Assembly: GCA_030550585.1 (NCBI GenBank)
Contig: JAUQPB010000004.1
Span: 99,883 to 163,882 of the forward strand
Direction of reading: 5' to 3'
Length of the DNA stretch: 64,000 nucleotides
Source of the DNA: Thermoproteota archaeon
GTDB lineage: Archaea > Thermoproteota > Thermoprotei_A > Sulfolobales > Ignisphaeraceae
Part shown: positions 1-8,628 of the stretch, piece by piece
Position numbering within the stretch: position 1 is the first letter of the stretch
Layout of the letters: each line of letters begins with the position of its first letter
Program-made: the position numbers and the translations under genes
Notes under the pieces: generated by a model
What the model was told of the DNA's origin: nothing
The model's database searches: none
The model's input: only the letters and a program-made list of their open reading frames with translations

Positions 1-282
1 TTCGCATTTGTGCCCAAGATTCTCAATGCTGGAGATTATGAAAGACTTGGATATGTTGTGCAAGAGCTTGCAGACTATCTAAACAATAAACTAGGTTTAA
101 ACATACCGACGTTCATTTTCATTTGGGAGGGGATAAAGATAACATATCGTGAAGATGTGCTTAGGATACCATGGTACATAACGGCATTAAATGTTGCAAG
201 AACTATATGGCCTCTTCTAGTCTTCTCAGCTATTATTGCAATACTGTATGTTTTAGTACTTAAAAAACGAGTTCTTAAATAA
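1..282 (+). CDS. 3' end of a membrane-anchored protein (partial, runs off the window)
   Basis: Frame is open from the window edge; C-terminal hydrophobic helix followed by KKRVLK; T-rich tract after the stop. Confidence 0.6.
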   Translation, partial: FAFVPKILNAGDYERLGYVVQELADYLNNKLGLNIPTFIFIWEGIKITYREDVLRIPWYITALNVARTIWPLLVFSAIIAILYVLVLKKRVLK

Positions 283-357
283 GAATTGTTTTTATTTTTA
301 TTGCCGCGCTGGCTTTATTGAAGCTGTGCTAGTAATTGCTTTGAAATATGGCTTTGT

Positions 358-1344
358 CTACCTGTATCCCATGGCTATAATTAGGGCTGCTGATATTAGT
401 GATGATAGCATGAATATTGTGTAAAGTGCTGCTACAAGCTCTTTTTCGCTTAGCCCGTTTCTTGCGAATCCTGTTACAAGTCTTACTAGTGTTATTGGCG
501 CTGATGGGTCTTTTGATGCGTGTATACAGCCTTTTTCATCTACATATGTTGGCCTCTTTACGCTTTCTTTTTGTAGGAATCCTCTTACAGATGCTATGTA
601 GTAGAAGCCGTTTATGAACATTGGGACCGAGGCCATTATGTAGTATAGCTCTAGTCTGTACTTCACTAGCATTAGGGGTATTGTTGCGCCTAGTATAAAT
701 GCCCCTGTGTTTCCATTGAATATCTTGGCTGGGTACACATTGAATAAGCTGTATACCAACACCGTTACTATCACTGTTAATAGGGGGAGGCAAGAAGCTA
801 TATCTGAGCCCGTCAGTAGCTTTGTTGCAAATGCGAATAGGTGTGTCGATAAAACGAATATGGGTAGGGTTCCATTATGCGTATCTATCATGTTTGCACC
901 ATTCTGATAAACCGTGAAGGCAGCTAGTAGAAGAAGTGGATAGAGAGTGGATATCCTGATGAAACCCGCCATTGGTATCCAAGGCCTCGGCTCATAGACG
1001 TGCAGCAACAGTATTGGGATGGCTGGGAGAATCCCAAGGACTATTTTCCACCTAGACTTAAGGTCTATCACATCGTCTGCTAAGCCAATTGCAAATGATA
1101 TTAGAATTGATGATAGAAAAGCCTCTAGGTATGTTAAATCAATATAGCCGTTGATGAGGAGAAGAGGAAACCCTGTTAATATGCCTGCTAGAACCCCGAA
1201 GCCACCTATGCATGGTATCTTCGGTCTGCTAATCTTGTGAACATCTGTGCATAGAATCCCAAGCTTCTTCTCAGCAACTATGGAGGCAATGGTTGCTAAA
1301 GCTGTTGCTAAACCTGTTGCAGCTAGCACATATAGCCACTCCAT
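358..1344 (-). CDS. UDP-GlcNAc:dolichyl-phosphate GlcNAc-1-P transferase (MraY/GPT family, AglH-like)
   Basis: Polytopic protein with DVHK, P..GG, GLADD, NGANMIDTHNG and FNVYPAKIFNGNTG motifs. Confidence 0.85.
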   Translation of the reverse strand: MEWLYVLAATGLATALATIASIVAEKKLGILCTDVHKISRPKIPCIGGFGVLAGILTGFPLLLINGYIDLTYLEAFLSSILISFAIGLADDVIDLKSRWKIVLGILPAIPILLLHVYEPRPWIPMAGFIRISTLYPLLLLAAFTVYQNGANMIDTHNGTLPIFVLSTHLFAFATKLLTGSDIASCLPLLTVIVTVLVYSLFNVYPAKIFNGNTGAFILGATIPLMLVKYRLELYYIMASVPMFINGFYYIASVRGFLQKESVKRPTYVDEKGCIHASKDPSAPITLVRLVTGFARNGLSEKELVAALYTIFMLSSLISAALIIAMGYR

Positions 1345-1392
1345 ACTAATCAGCCATAATATGGATATGCACCCCTGAAATAAAAGCTGCTA

Positions 1393-1971
1393 CTATGTTG
1401 AGTGTATTGTAATAGTCTCTCCCCTTGTGGTAATCCTGCCTCTTTCAAGCTCATACAAAACTATTTTTGCTATCCAGTTTCTGTATAGCTCCACCTCAAT
1501 GAATGAGGGGGTAAAAGAGCCTCCTCCACCACCCCACACACCTGTGATGGAACCAGGGTTTATGTGTATAACACCAGATTCTACAGTTATAAATGGTGAG
1601 TGGGTATGACCTGAAACAAGTATTGATACACCCATGCTCTTGGCAATCATTGTCAAAGCACCTATATTGCCTCTAGGCCTAACCTGGTCACCATGGATAA
1701 CACCAATCTTTGTACCAAAAACATCTATAACCTCCTCCTCTGGAAGATCAAGGTAATCCATGTTGCCTTGAACAACATATGCCTTCCTCCCCAACCCCCT
1801 TACATAGTCTAGAACATCCTCGTCAACAACATCACCTGCATGAACAACAATGTCATATCTTCTATTCTTAAACAATTCTGTGAATTCTTTTGGAAACCAA
1901 TCTGCTCTCTCATGGATATGGCTATCAGACATCACCAATATCAAAACCTTCTCCATTTCCATTGCCACCAC
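1393..1971 (-). CDS. YfcE/Vps29-type metallophosphoesterase
   Basis: SDSH, HAGD, GNMD, HGD, GHTH and NPGS motifs. Confidence 0.9.
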   Translation of the reverse strand: MVAMEMEKVLILVMSDSHIHERADWFPKEFTELFKNRRYDIVVHAGDVVDEDVLDYVRGLGRKAYVVQGNMDYLDLPEEEVIDVFGTKIGVIHGDQVRPRGNIGALTMIAKSMGVSILVSGHTHSPFITVESGVIHINPGSITGVWGGGGGSFTPSFIEVELYRNWIAKIVLYELERGRITTRGETITIHST

Positions 1972-2077
1972 CTCATCACAACAAGTATCTCTGATAATCT
2001 GAATCCAATATAATTGTTTTAAATGTTTAATTCGTAATTCAATGTCCTTTCAAAGCAGAAGGACTTTTAAACTCTCC

Positions 2078-2099
2078 AGATATATCTGCAGATATATCT
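2078..2099. promoter_or_regulatory. Perfect 22-bp palindrome, probable PadR operator
   Basis: AGATATATCTGCAGATATATCT lies between a TTTTAAA TATA-like box (2065-2071) and the padR start. Confidence 0.65.
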
Positions 2100-2100
2100 A

Positions 2101-2592
2101 GTGATATCCATGTTCAAGCCATCTCATAGAGAATTCGAGTTCAACACAGCTCTCATAATACTCTATACCCTTTCTAAGGGGCCTGCCCATGGCTATGAAA
2201 TTATGAGGAGGATTAGAGAGGAGTTCTATATTCATAAGAGCCCTGGTATTCTTTACCCATCGCTTAGAAGGCTTGTTTCTATGGGGTATATAGAGGTTGT
2301 TGGACAGAGTACAAGGGGTAGGAAGCTCTTTAGGGTGTATAGACTTACTGAGGAGGGTAAGAGGCTTCTCTCTAGCAACATGGACAGAGTTGAGCATATA
2401 AAGAGGTTTTCAAGGGGGATGAAAATCTTCGATGATTGTGGAGGGCATATGCTTAGAGAATCTATCTTTAGACTTGTAGAGGCTCTTCCCAATGCTACTA
2501 ACGATGATTTGGAGCTGCTAAGCAATATGATAAGTGCTTTTGTTAGGAACCTGGATGAGCTGAGAAACAGGATTCTTTCAAGAGGTGCATAG
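2101..2592 (+). CDS. PadR-family transcriptional regulator
   Basis: HGYEI, SPGILYPSLRRL and YRLTEEG winged-helix motifs. Confidence 0.9.
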   Translation: MISMFKPSHREFEFNTALIILYTLSKGPAHGYEIMRRIREEFYIHKSPGILYPSLRRLVSMGYIEVVGQSTRGRKLFRVYRLTEEGKRLLSSNMDRVEHIKRFSRGMKIFDDCGGHMLRESIFRLVEALPNATNDDLELLSNMISAFVRNLDELRNRILSRGA

Positions 2593-2594
2593 AT

Positions 2595-3587
2595 ATGGAG
2601 TTCGACATAGTTGTTGAAAACCTTGTTAAGAGGTATGGGCCTGTAGAGGCTGTTAGAGGCATAAGCTTTCAGGTTAGAAGAGGAGAGATATTCGGGTTTC
2701 TAGGACCTAACGGAGCTGGGAAAACAACAACTATACATATTCTAGCAACTTTGCTAAAACCAACATCTGGGAAAGCGCTTGTAGCTGGCTATGATGTTGT
2801 TTCAGAGCCTGACAGAGTTAGAAAGAGCATTGGCATAGTTTTCCAGGATCCATCTCTAGACGATAATCTAACTGGCTATGAGAATCTGTATATACATGGG
2901 AGGCTCTACGGCCTAAATGGACAGAGTCTAAGGGAGAGGATCGAGGAGGCTCTAAAATTTGTTGAGCTATGGGATTTCAGAGACAGGTTAGTTAGAAGCT
3001 ATTCTGGTGGCATGAGGAGGAGACTGGAGATTGCTAGAGCAATGCTACACACACCCAGGATACTATTCCTAGACGAGCCAACAATAGGCCTTGATCCACA
3101 GACAAGGGCTCATATATGGGACTATATAAAGAGGTTGAACAGGGAGTATGGCACAACAGTTTTTCTAACGACACACTACATGGATGAGGCTGAAATGCTG
3201 TGTGATAGAATAGCTATTATAGACCATGGGAAGATAATTGCCATGGGAACAGCAGAGGAGCTGAAATCAATGGTGGGGTCAGATGTGGTGTATATCAAGC
3301 TTGGTAAACCAGATGCAGATATATGCTCAAAGCTATCGATAGCAAATGTGGAGAACTGCAAGATTGTTGAGGGTGGCACAGTTGCTCTACAGGTTAGGAA
3401 GGCGACAGAGGCTATACCAGCAATTCTGCTCCATCTAGATAGGCTAGAGGTGAAGGTTACAGAGGTTAGCTATAGAAGACCATCGCTAAACGATGTATTT
3501 ATCCACCTAACTGGCAGAGAGATGAGGGATTCTGAAGGTAGTTTTGTTGAAGTTGCTAGAATGATGCATAGAGCTAGGATGAGGTGA
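2595..3587 (+). CDS. ABC exporter ATP-binding subunit (DrrA-like)
   Basis: GPNGAGKT, YSGGM, LFLDEPT and TTHY motifs. Confidence 0.95.
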   Translation: MEFDIVVENLVKRYGPVEAVRGISFQVRRGEIFGFLGPNGAGKTTTIHILATLLKPTSGKALVAGYDVVSEPDRVRKSIGIVFQDPSLDDNLTGYENLYIHGRLYGLNGQSLRERIEEALKFVELWDFRDRLVRSYSGGMRRRLEIARAMLHTPRILFLDEPTIGLDPQTRAHIWDYIKRLNREYGTTVFLTTHYMDEAEMLCDRIAIIDHGKIIAMGTAEELKSMVGSDVVYIKLGKPDADICSKLSIANVENCKIVEGGTVALQVRKATEAIPAILLHLDRLEVKVTEVSYRRPSLNDVFIHLTGREMRDSEGSFVEVARMMHRARMR

Positions 3588-4381
3588 TGGACATGATGGA
3601 ATCTATATATATAATGGTCTATAGACAGATAAAGAGGTTTGTTAGAGCAAGGTCTAGAATAGCAGGCACAATAATAAACAATGTCCTGTGGCTACTGTTC
3701 TTCGGCCTTGGCTGGGCATACACGCTAAGAGGACAGCAATTCCAAGTGCTATTCAAAGGCCTTGACTATCTAGCATTCTTGCTACCAGCAACATTTGCGA
3801 CATCGATATTCCAGGCAAGTTTCATGGGAGGGATTTCGGTGATCTGGGACAAACAATTTGGTTTCCTAAAGGAGGTTCTCGTGGCGCCAGCCCCAAGATC
3901 TCTTACAATACTTGGGAGGGCATTGGGAGACTCTGTTGTCTCGCTATTGAATGGATTGATAATGCTTGCAATGGGCTTTGCACTAACATCTAAGCTAAAT
4001 CCATTGGGGCTTCCAACAGCTCTTGCAATAGGGTTTGTAATGGCAGTTGGATTCACATCGATGGGGATAGCAATAGCCTCTTCAATGAGGAGTCCAGAGG
4101 GTTTCCAGCTAATTGTTGCAACAATTACCATGCCCATGACTCTGCTAAGCGGATCTATGTTCCCATTGAATATGACTCCACAGTGGATGCAGATACTGGC
4201 GCTAATTTCTCCACTAACATATGCTGTTGATCTATGCAGATACTACTTAACTGGGGTGTCATTTCTAGACATGGTCTATCCTTGGCTAACCCAAGAAGTT
4301 GAGATACTATTGTTAGTGACAACATCTATAATCTTGATGATCATAGCCATGAGGATGTTTGAAAAGACAACAATTGAGTAA
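3584..4381 (+). CDS. ABC-2 type permease (DrrB-like)
   Basis: About six TM helices, GFLKEVLVAP and SPLTYAVD motifs; overlaps the ATPase stop codon. Confidence 0.9.
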   Translation: MMDMMESIYIMVYRQIKRFVRARSRIAGTIINNVLWLLFFGLGWAYTLRGQQFQVLFKGLDYLAFLLPATFATSIFQASFMGGISVIWDKQFGFLKEVLVAPAPRSLTILGRALGDSVVSLLNGLIMLAMGFALTSKLNPLGLPTALAIGFVMAVGFTSMGIAIASSMRSPEGFQLIVATITMPMTLLSGSMFPLNMTPQWMQILALISPLTYAVDLCRYYLTGVSFLDMVYPWLTQEVEILLLVTTSIILMIIAMRMFEKTTIE

Positions 4382-4402
4382 ACCAAAGATCTAGAACGTT
4401 TT

Positions 4403-5002
4403 TCAGCTAAGCGACTTTATGTATTCGCTCACCCCCGACATAATCATTTCAACAGCGAATGAAGCTATGATTATCGACATGAATCTTCCTAGGCCATGTA
4501 TAAACGTTGTTCCAGCTAGCTTTGCTATCTCCTTAGATACTCTGAGAACTATATATGTTGCTACAAATGCTATGTATGAAGCTATCAATGTGTTTAGAAT
4601 TCCATAGAGCTTTGCAGATGTTATTAGAAGAGTCATTGTCCCTGGCCCAACAATGAGAGGCGTTGCTATTGGCACTATAATGTATGTTCCAACATCTATC
4701 TTCTCTGGCTTGTGCCCAGTTAGAAGAGTGTCTATAGCTGTTGCCATCAATACCACCCCTGCAGCCATTTTAAATGCTGGTATGCTTATACCGAAAAGCG
4801 AGAGTATGTATCCTCCAACCACAGCGAAAATGTTTAGCAGAATAAATATTGCTAGAGCGGCTTTGTCTATAAGCCTCTTGCTCTCCTCAGGCGATACAGT
4901 TGATATAACATCTAGAAGTGTTGGGATGGCTGCTAGAGGATCCATTATAGCGAATAGCTGAACAGATAACAAAGCTATTGTAGATGGCTCTATGGGGGGC
5001 AT
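4403..5002 (-). CDS. MarC-family membrane protein
   Basis: LFAIMDP, FGISIPAFKMAAG and VPIATPLIVGPGT motifs. Confidence 0.9.
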   Translation of the reverse strand: MPPIEPSTIALLSVQLFAIMDPLAAIPTLLDVISTVSPEESKRLIDKAALAIFILLNIFAVVGGYILSLFGISIPAFKMAAGVVLMATAIDTLLTGHKPEKIDVGTYIIVPIATPLIVGPGTMTLLITSAKLYGILNTLIASYIAFVATYIVLRVSKEIAKLAGTTFIHGLGRFMSIIIASFAVEMIMSGVSEYIKSLS

Positions 5003-5052
5003 TGCAAAAGCCTTTATATGGAGATCTTAGATAGAAAATCTAAAAAAGTTTC

Positions 5053-5225
5053 ATGGGTTTGCACATGGATAGAGCAATTCATTTGATTCTCTTTGCAGTT
5101 GCCTCTATAAGCATAGGGTCGGCATCTATATTCGTTAGAATCTCAAATGCTTCGCCAATTGCATGTGCCTTCTGGAGGCTTTCAATAGCATCTATCATAC
5201 TTGCTCTTCTACCAACAGGCAAAGA
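5053..5225 (+). pseudogene. 5' fragment of an EamA/DMT transporter, truncated
   Basis: IGSASIFVR..PIACAFWRLSIA resembles an EamA N-terminus; similarity ends after about two TM helices. Confidence 0.6.
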
Positions 5226-6488
5226 AAGATATTGGCAGGACTGGCCAACGATATTGCGTATGTGGAGGAGAGGATTCAAAGTGACACCCGTTTCAAGAAC
5301 CTCCGACCACACCTATCTGACATACTCAATGCAATTCGCCAAGCCTCACAACAAAAAGTCTTGCAACAAACAATGCATAAACCTGTTGTAAAACCAGCTA
5401 TACAGGTGGAGACTCCGTCAAATCGTCTAATACCCTATCCTATAGAAAAATGTATTTCTACGTTTGTCGATGGTGCTAAGGACTGTCGCTCTATCGACTG
5501 CGTCTTGACAAAGCTTTCAACAGCTTTTCTATCTATAAGAGATTTCGTTGAAGCGTCCTTAGAGCCTGTAAGAGAGGATGAACTTGTAAAAATGTTTCTC
5601 TCCCACCCGGATGTCATGAGGGTTTTGTCTGGTCTAGGTGAAAACCTAGAATATGTGGAGGCGAAGATTAGCGTTGACATGAGATTTGATAATCTTAGAC
5701 TGTACCGGAACGAAATTCTAGATGCAATAAAAACGGCATACCAAATTTACGTGCCAACACAGAGATATGAAACATATGAAAGGCCTCCGACATGGCAGGT
5801 AGAGCGCATGGAGTATGCACTTACAAGCCAACCGCCTCCACCTAGGGATACCTCAGAGGATTACAGACCTAGCAGAGTCAGACACATACCAATTGCCAGA
5901 AAATATGAGGAGCGGAAAGAGCCAGATACAAGCCATATCAACAAGGGCTATGGAGAACCAGTGAAAACAGGCACAAAGCGAAGAATCTCTCTACCTAAGG
6001 TGGGTTTGTCAAAACTCTCCTATGTCCTTTGTGTGTTGCTCCTGCTGGCGCTTGGTTACATATTCATGAAAGTCCCTTGGATAATTTTCTACGGCGAACG
6101 GTACTACATAGGTAGTATAAAAACTACATCAGTACAGATAGCTGCATCTGGCTGGGACATGACATGGCTCTTCATAGAGTATTGGCGTACATTTAATATG
6201 CGCCCGCCTATGTTTATTGTGTACTTCATTGGCCTGCTCCTAGCGGTTATAGCATTTGTTGCAAAATCGACTGTCCTTTCAACGATATCAGGCTTGGCAA
6301 TGCTTATTGGGTGGTACGACTTCTACACGCACGCAACTGCGTACTATAGATTCTATGTCCAGTTAGTGGCGCTTCTTGGGCTAATCAATATTAAGGATGC
6401 AGCGCTTACAACGGGAACATACCTCGCCGGAATCCTATCATTCCTATATTTAGTGCTTGGAACATATTTAATACATAAAATGCGCTGA
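5163..6488 (+). CDS. Membrane protein with 1.5 copies of a C-x4-C helical domain and a C-terminal four-TM region; probably 5'-truncated
   Basis: Internal repeat KILAGL..DTRFKNLR / RVLSGL..DMRFDNLR; homologous to the N-terminus of 8629-10410. Confidence 0.7.
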   Translation: MCLLEAFNSIYHTCSSTNRQRKILAGLANDIAYVEERIQSDTRFKNLRPHLSDILNAIRQASQQKVLQQTMHKPVVKPAIQVETPSNRLIPYPIEKCISTFVDGAKDCRSIDCVLTKLSTAFLSIRDFVEASLEPVREDELVKMFLSHPDVMRVLSGLGENLEYVEAKISVDMRFDNLRLYRNEILDAIKTAYQIYVPTQRYETYERPPTWQVERMEYALTSQPPPPRDTSEDYRPSRVRHIPIARKYEERKEPDTSHINKGYGEPVKTGTKRRISLPKVGLSKLSYVLCVLLLLALGYIFMKVPWIIFYGERYYIGSIKTTSVQIAASGWDMTWLFIEYWRTFNMRPPMFIVYFIGLLLAVIAFVAKSTVLSTISGLAMLIGWYDFYTHATAYYRFYVQLVALLGLINIKDAALTTGTYLAGILSFLYLVLGTYLIHKMR

Positions 6489-6531
6489 CAGAGTGGAATA
6501 GTGTGTGTATAGTGAGGTTTTAGTTAAGGGA

Positions 6532-7161
6532 TTAGTGCAGTAATGCTAGAGCTAGTGCTATGAGCGCCGCTATCATTGCTCCTATAGCTACCGGCTTTAG
6601 TAGCTTCCTGATTATTGACTTCTTTTCGACTCTCAGCTCTACCTCTACATTTCTATTAGCTATGACCACCTCTTCGGTGTGCCCGTCTACTGATAATCTT
6701 AGTATAGAGAACTTGGGCACCGGCATCGTTGCTGTGCCTTGCTCATCTGCTGTAAGCATTATCGTCTGTTTTCTCACTTTTTCTTCGCTTGGATATATTA
6801 TTGTGGCCTCTACCCTCGCATTTTTGTATGGTTTACCGTTTTTCAGCACCTTGATTGATGCTCTCACTGTTTCACTTGGTTTGGCTCCGAAAACTACTGA
6901 CAAGTTTTTCAGCATTTCTGCTAGCTCTTCTTCGCTAATGCCACGCTCTTTCACACTGGATTTTACCCTTAACTCAATGTTGCACCCTAGTATACTAAGG
7001 AGGTCACTTATGTCTTTGAACATCTCCGGCTTTTGATGTGCTACCACCGCTGATAAGTGTGCTAAGTAGTTCCTGAGAGTGTTTAAGTCTATTTTGTGTT
7101 CCACATAGTAATCTCTGAGGTTATAGAGCCACTCCACCATTAGTTCTTCAAAGACCTCCAC
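6532..7161 (-). CDS. Hypothetical protein with a beta-sandwich (carboxypeptidase-regulatory-like) region and C-terminal TM anchor
   Basis: NGKPYKNARV..TADEQGTA pattern and hydrophobic tail. Confidence 0.6.
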   Translation of the reverse strand: MEVFEELMVEWLYNLRDYYVEHKIDLNTLRNYLAHLSAVVAHQKPEMFKDISDLLSILGCNIELRVKSSVKERGISEEELAEMLKNLSVVFGAKPSETVRASIKVLKNGKPYKNARVEATIIYPSEEKVRKQTIMLTADEQGTATMPVPKFSILRLSVDGHTEEVVIANRNVEVELRVEKKSIIRKLLKPVAIGAMIAALIALALALLH

Positions 7162-7373
7162 ATATTTTCGTATACCACCAGAATATGTGCATTATCGTAT
7201 TCGTTTATCCATGTAACTACCCTTCTAGACAACCCAGCCCTTGGTGCTATAGAAACATACTTCCTGCTTATTTCTGTTAGCTTAGGGTTAAACCTATAGG
7301 CTAGAATATAGTGCATGTCTGTGTTAGCATCCATGTCTCTGCAAATTAGTTTAGGCTCTACTAGTATTTGCAA
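7140..7373 (-). CDS. Small hypothetical protein, or frameshifted 5' part of 6532-7161
   Basis: AGGTGG RBS directly after the upstream stop; one added A in the run near 7165-7168 would join it to the downstream ORF (YEKYVEVFEE). Confidence 0.4.
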   Translation of the reverse strand: MQILVEPKLICRDMDANTDMHYILAYRFNPKLTEISRKYVSIAPRAGLSRRVVTWINEYDNAHILVVYENMWRSLKN

Positions 7374-7379
7374 CCACCT

Positions 7380-8375
7380 CTACGAAGATTTCTTCTTTGG
7401 CTTGACCAACTCTATTCCGAGCACCAAGAATATTAGTGCACCAAGGAGCCATCCTACAAGGAACAGCACGCCCTCTGCAATATTTCCGTATGTCCAGAAG
7501 TTTGTGAAGAGCCTGACTATACCTGAAATGATTAGGAATATTGAAAGCGCTATCAGTATTGCTCCGCCAGCTCTTCGAAGAGTGCTTGGTTTAGCTTGTT
7601 TAGATTTGGTTGTGTAACTTTCTGTATAATAGCTTTCATTGGTATGACTCTCTGTGTAGTAGTTTTTAACAGGAGGTATTGAACTTATTAGACGTTGTAC
7701 CTCGTTGGCAAGCATCGGCTCGCTTAGCAACCTCCTTTCGAATTCATTTACATCTACCGGTATCCCAAACTCTCGAATCGCATTTCTTATATCGTGTATG
7801 AATGAGTTGATTACACCTTGGGCACACTCTCGGAAGAGGCACCTCTCTCGAATTGTGGTAGCCAGTCTACTGGCAAACATCTTTACACAGTTATCGAAAC
7901 GCTCGGTTAGACACTCCTTTAGCCAAGTATCAAGTTCTACCGTTCCTCGCAACTCCTTTAATCCCATGACCTCCGCAACCTTGTCGGGCTCAAAGAAAGC
8001 CGGTGTTGTTTGTTGTGCGTCTCCGAGGAAGCTCCGCTTTGCAACAGATATAGCGTTGAATACCTCATTTCCTATAACGGGCAGAACCTCACTTTTAACA
8101 GCGTTTTCACCGCGAGACTCAATTGCATAAATCCTAGACTCCGGGTTCCCGCTTCCTATGAACACATATCTATGCATATCGAGAATCTGCAAATCCTCGG
8201 TAAGCTCACGCTCTATACAATCCTCTTTATAGAGCTCGAAGAACGTATCTAGGTTGGGGACAGAACGCTGAACATGCAGAACTAGGTCTCCCAATCTCTT
8301 AAACCCCTTCACAGCCCTCCCATCATATGCTGCAAGAACAGCCAACAAAAACATACGACGTGGGAGTCTACTCAC
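7380..8375 (-). CDS. Winged-helix (YwgA-like) + C-x4-C domain + two-TM protein
   Basis: N-terminus VKGFKRLGDLV..ELTEDLQIL..YAIESRG; middle CLFREC..RLLSEP; C-terminal TM hairpin. Confidence 0.6.
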   Translation of the reverse strand: MSRLPRRMFLLAVLAAYDGRAVKGFKRLGDLVLHVQRSVPNLDTFFELYKEDCIERELTEDLQILDMHRYVFIGSGNPESRIYAIESRGENAVKSEVLPVIGNEVFNAISVAKRSFLGDAQQTTPAFFEPDKVAEVMGLKELRGTVELDTWLKECLTERFDNCVKMFASRLATTIRERCLFRECAQGVINSFIHDIRNAIREFGIPVDVNEFERRLLSEPMLANEVQRLISSIPPVKNYYTESHTNESYYTESYTTKSKQAKPSTLRRAGGAILIALSIFLIISGIVRLFTNFWTYGNIAEGVLFLVGWLLGALIFLVLGIELVKPKKKSS

Positions 8376-8628
8376 ATCGCAGCACCTATATATTCGCTCT
8401 AATTACTACCCTACCTGCGGAAATATATAAATTTTTAGTTTTCTAACCAGTTCCGATAAAACAGTTAAAGAGATACAATACAAAAATCTATAGATGCATC
8501 TTAACCAAAAACCACAAGATAATGCTAAAGTTTAAGACGGTTCGTTTAGTTATGGTATCAAAATATGGCACTCTGATAGAATAAGATTTATAATTTCTTT
8601 CATTCTATTTTTACTATAGGCAGAGTCT

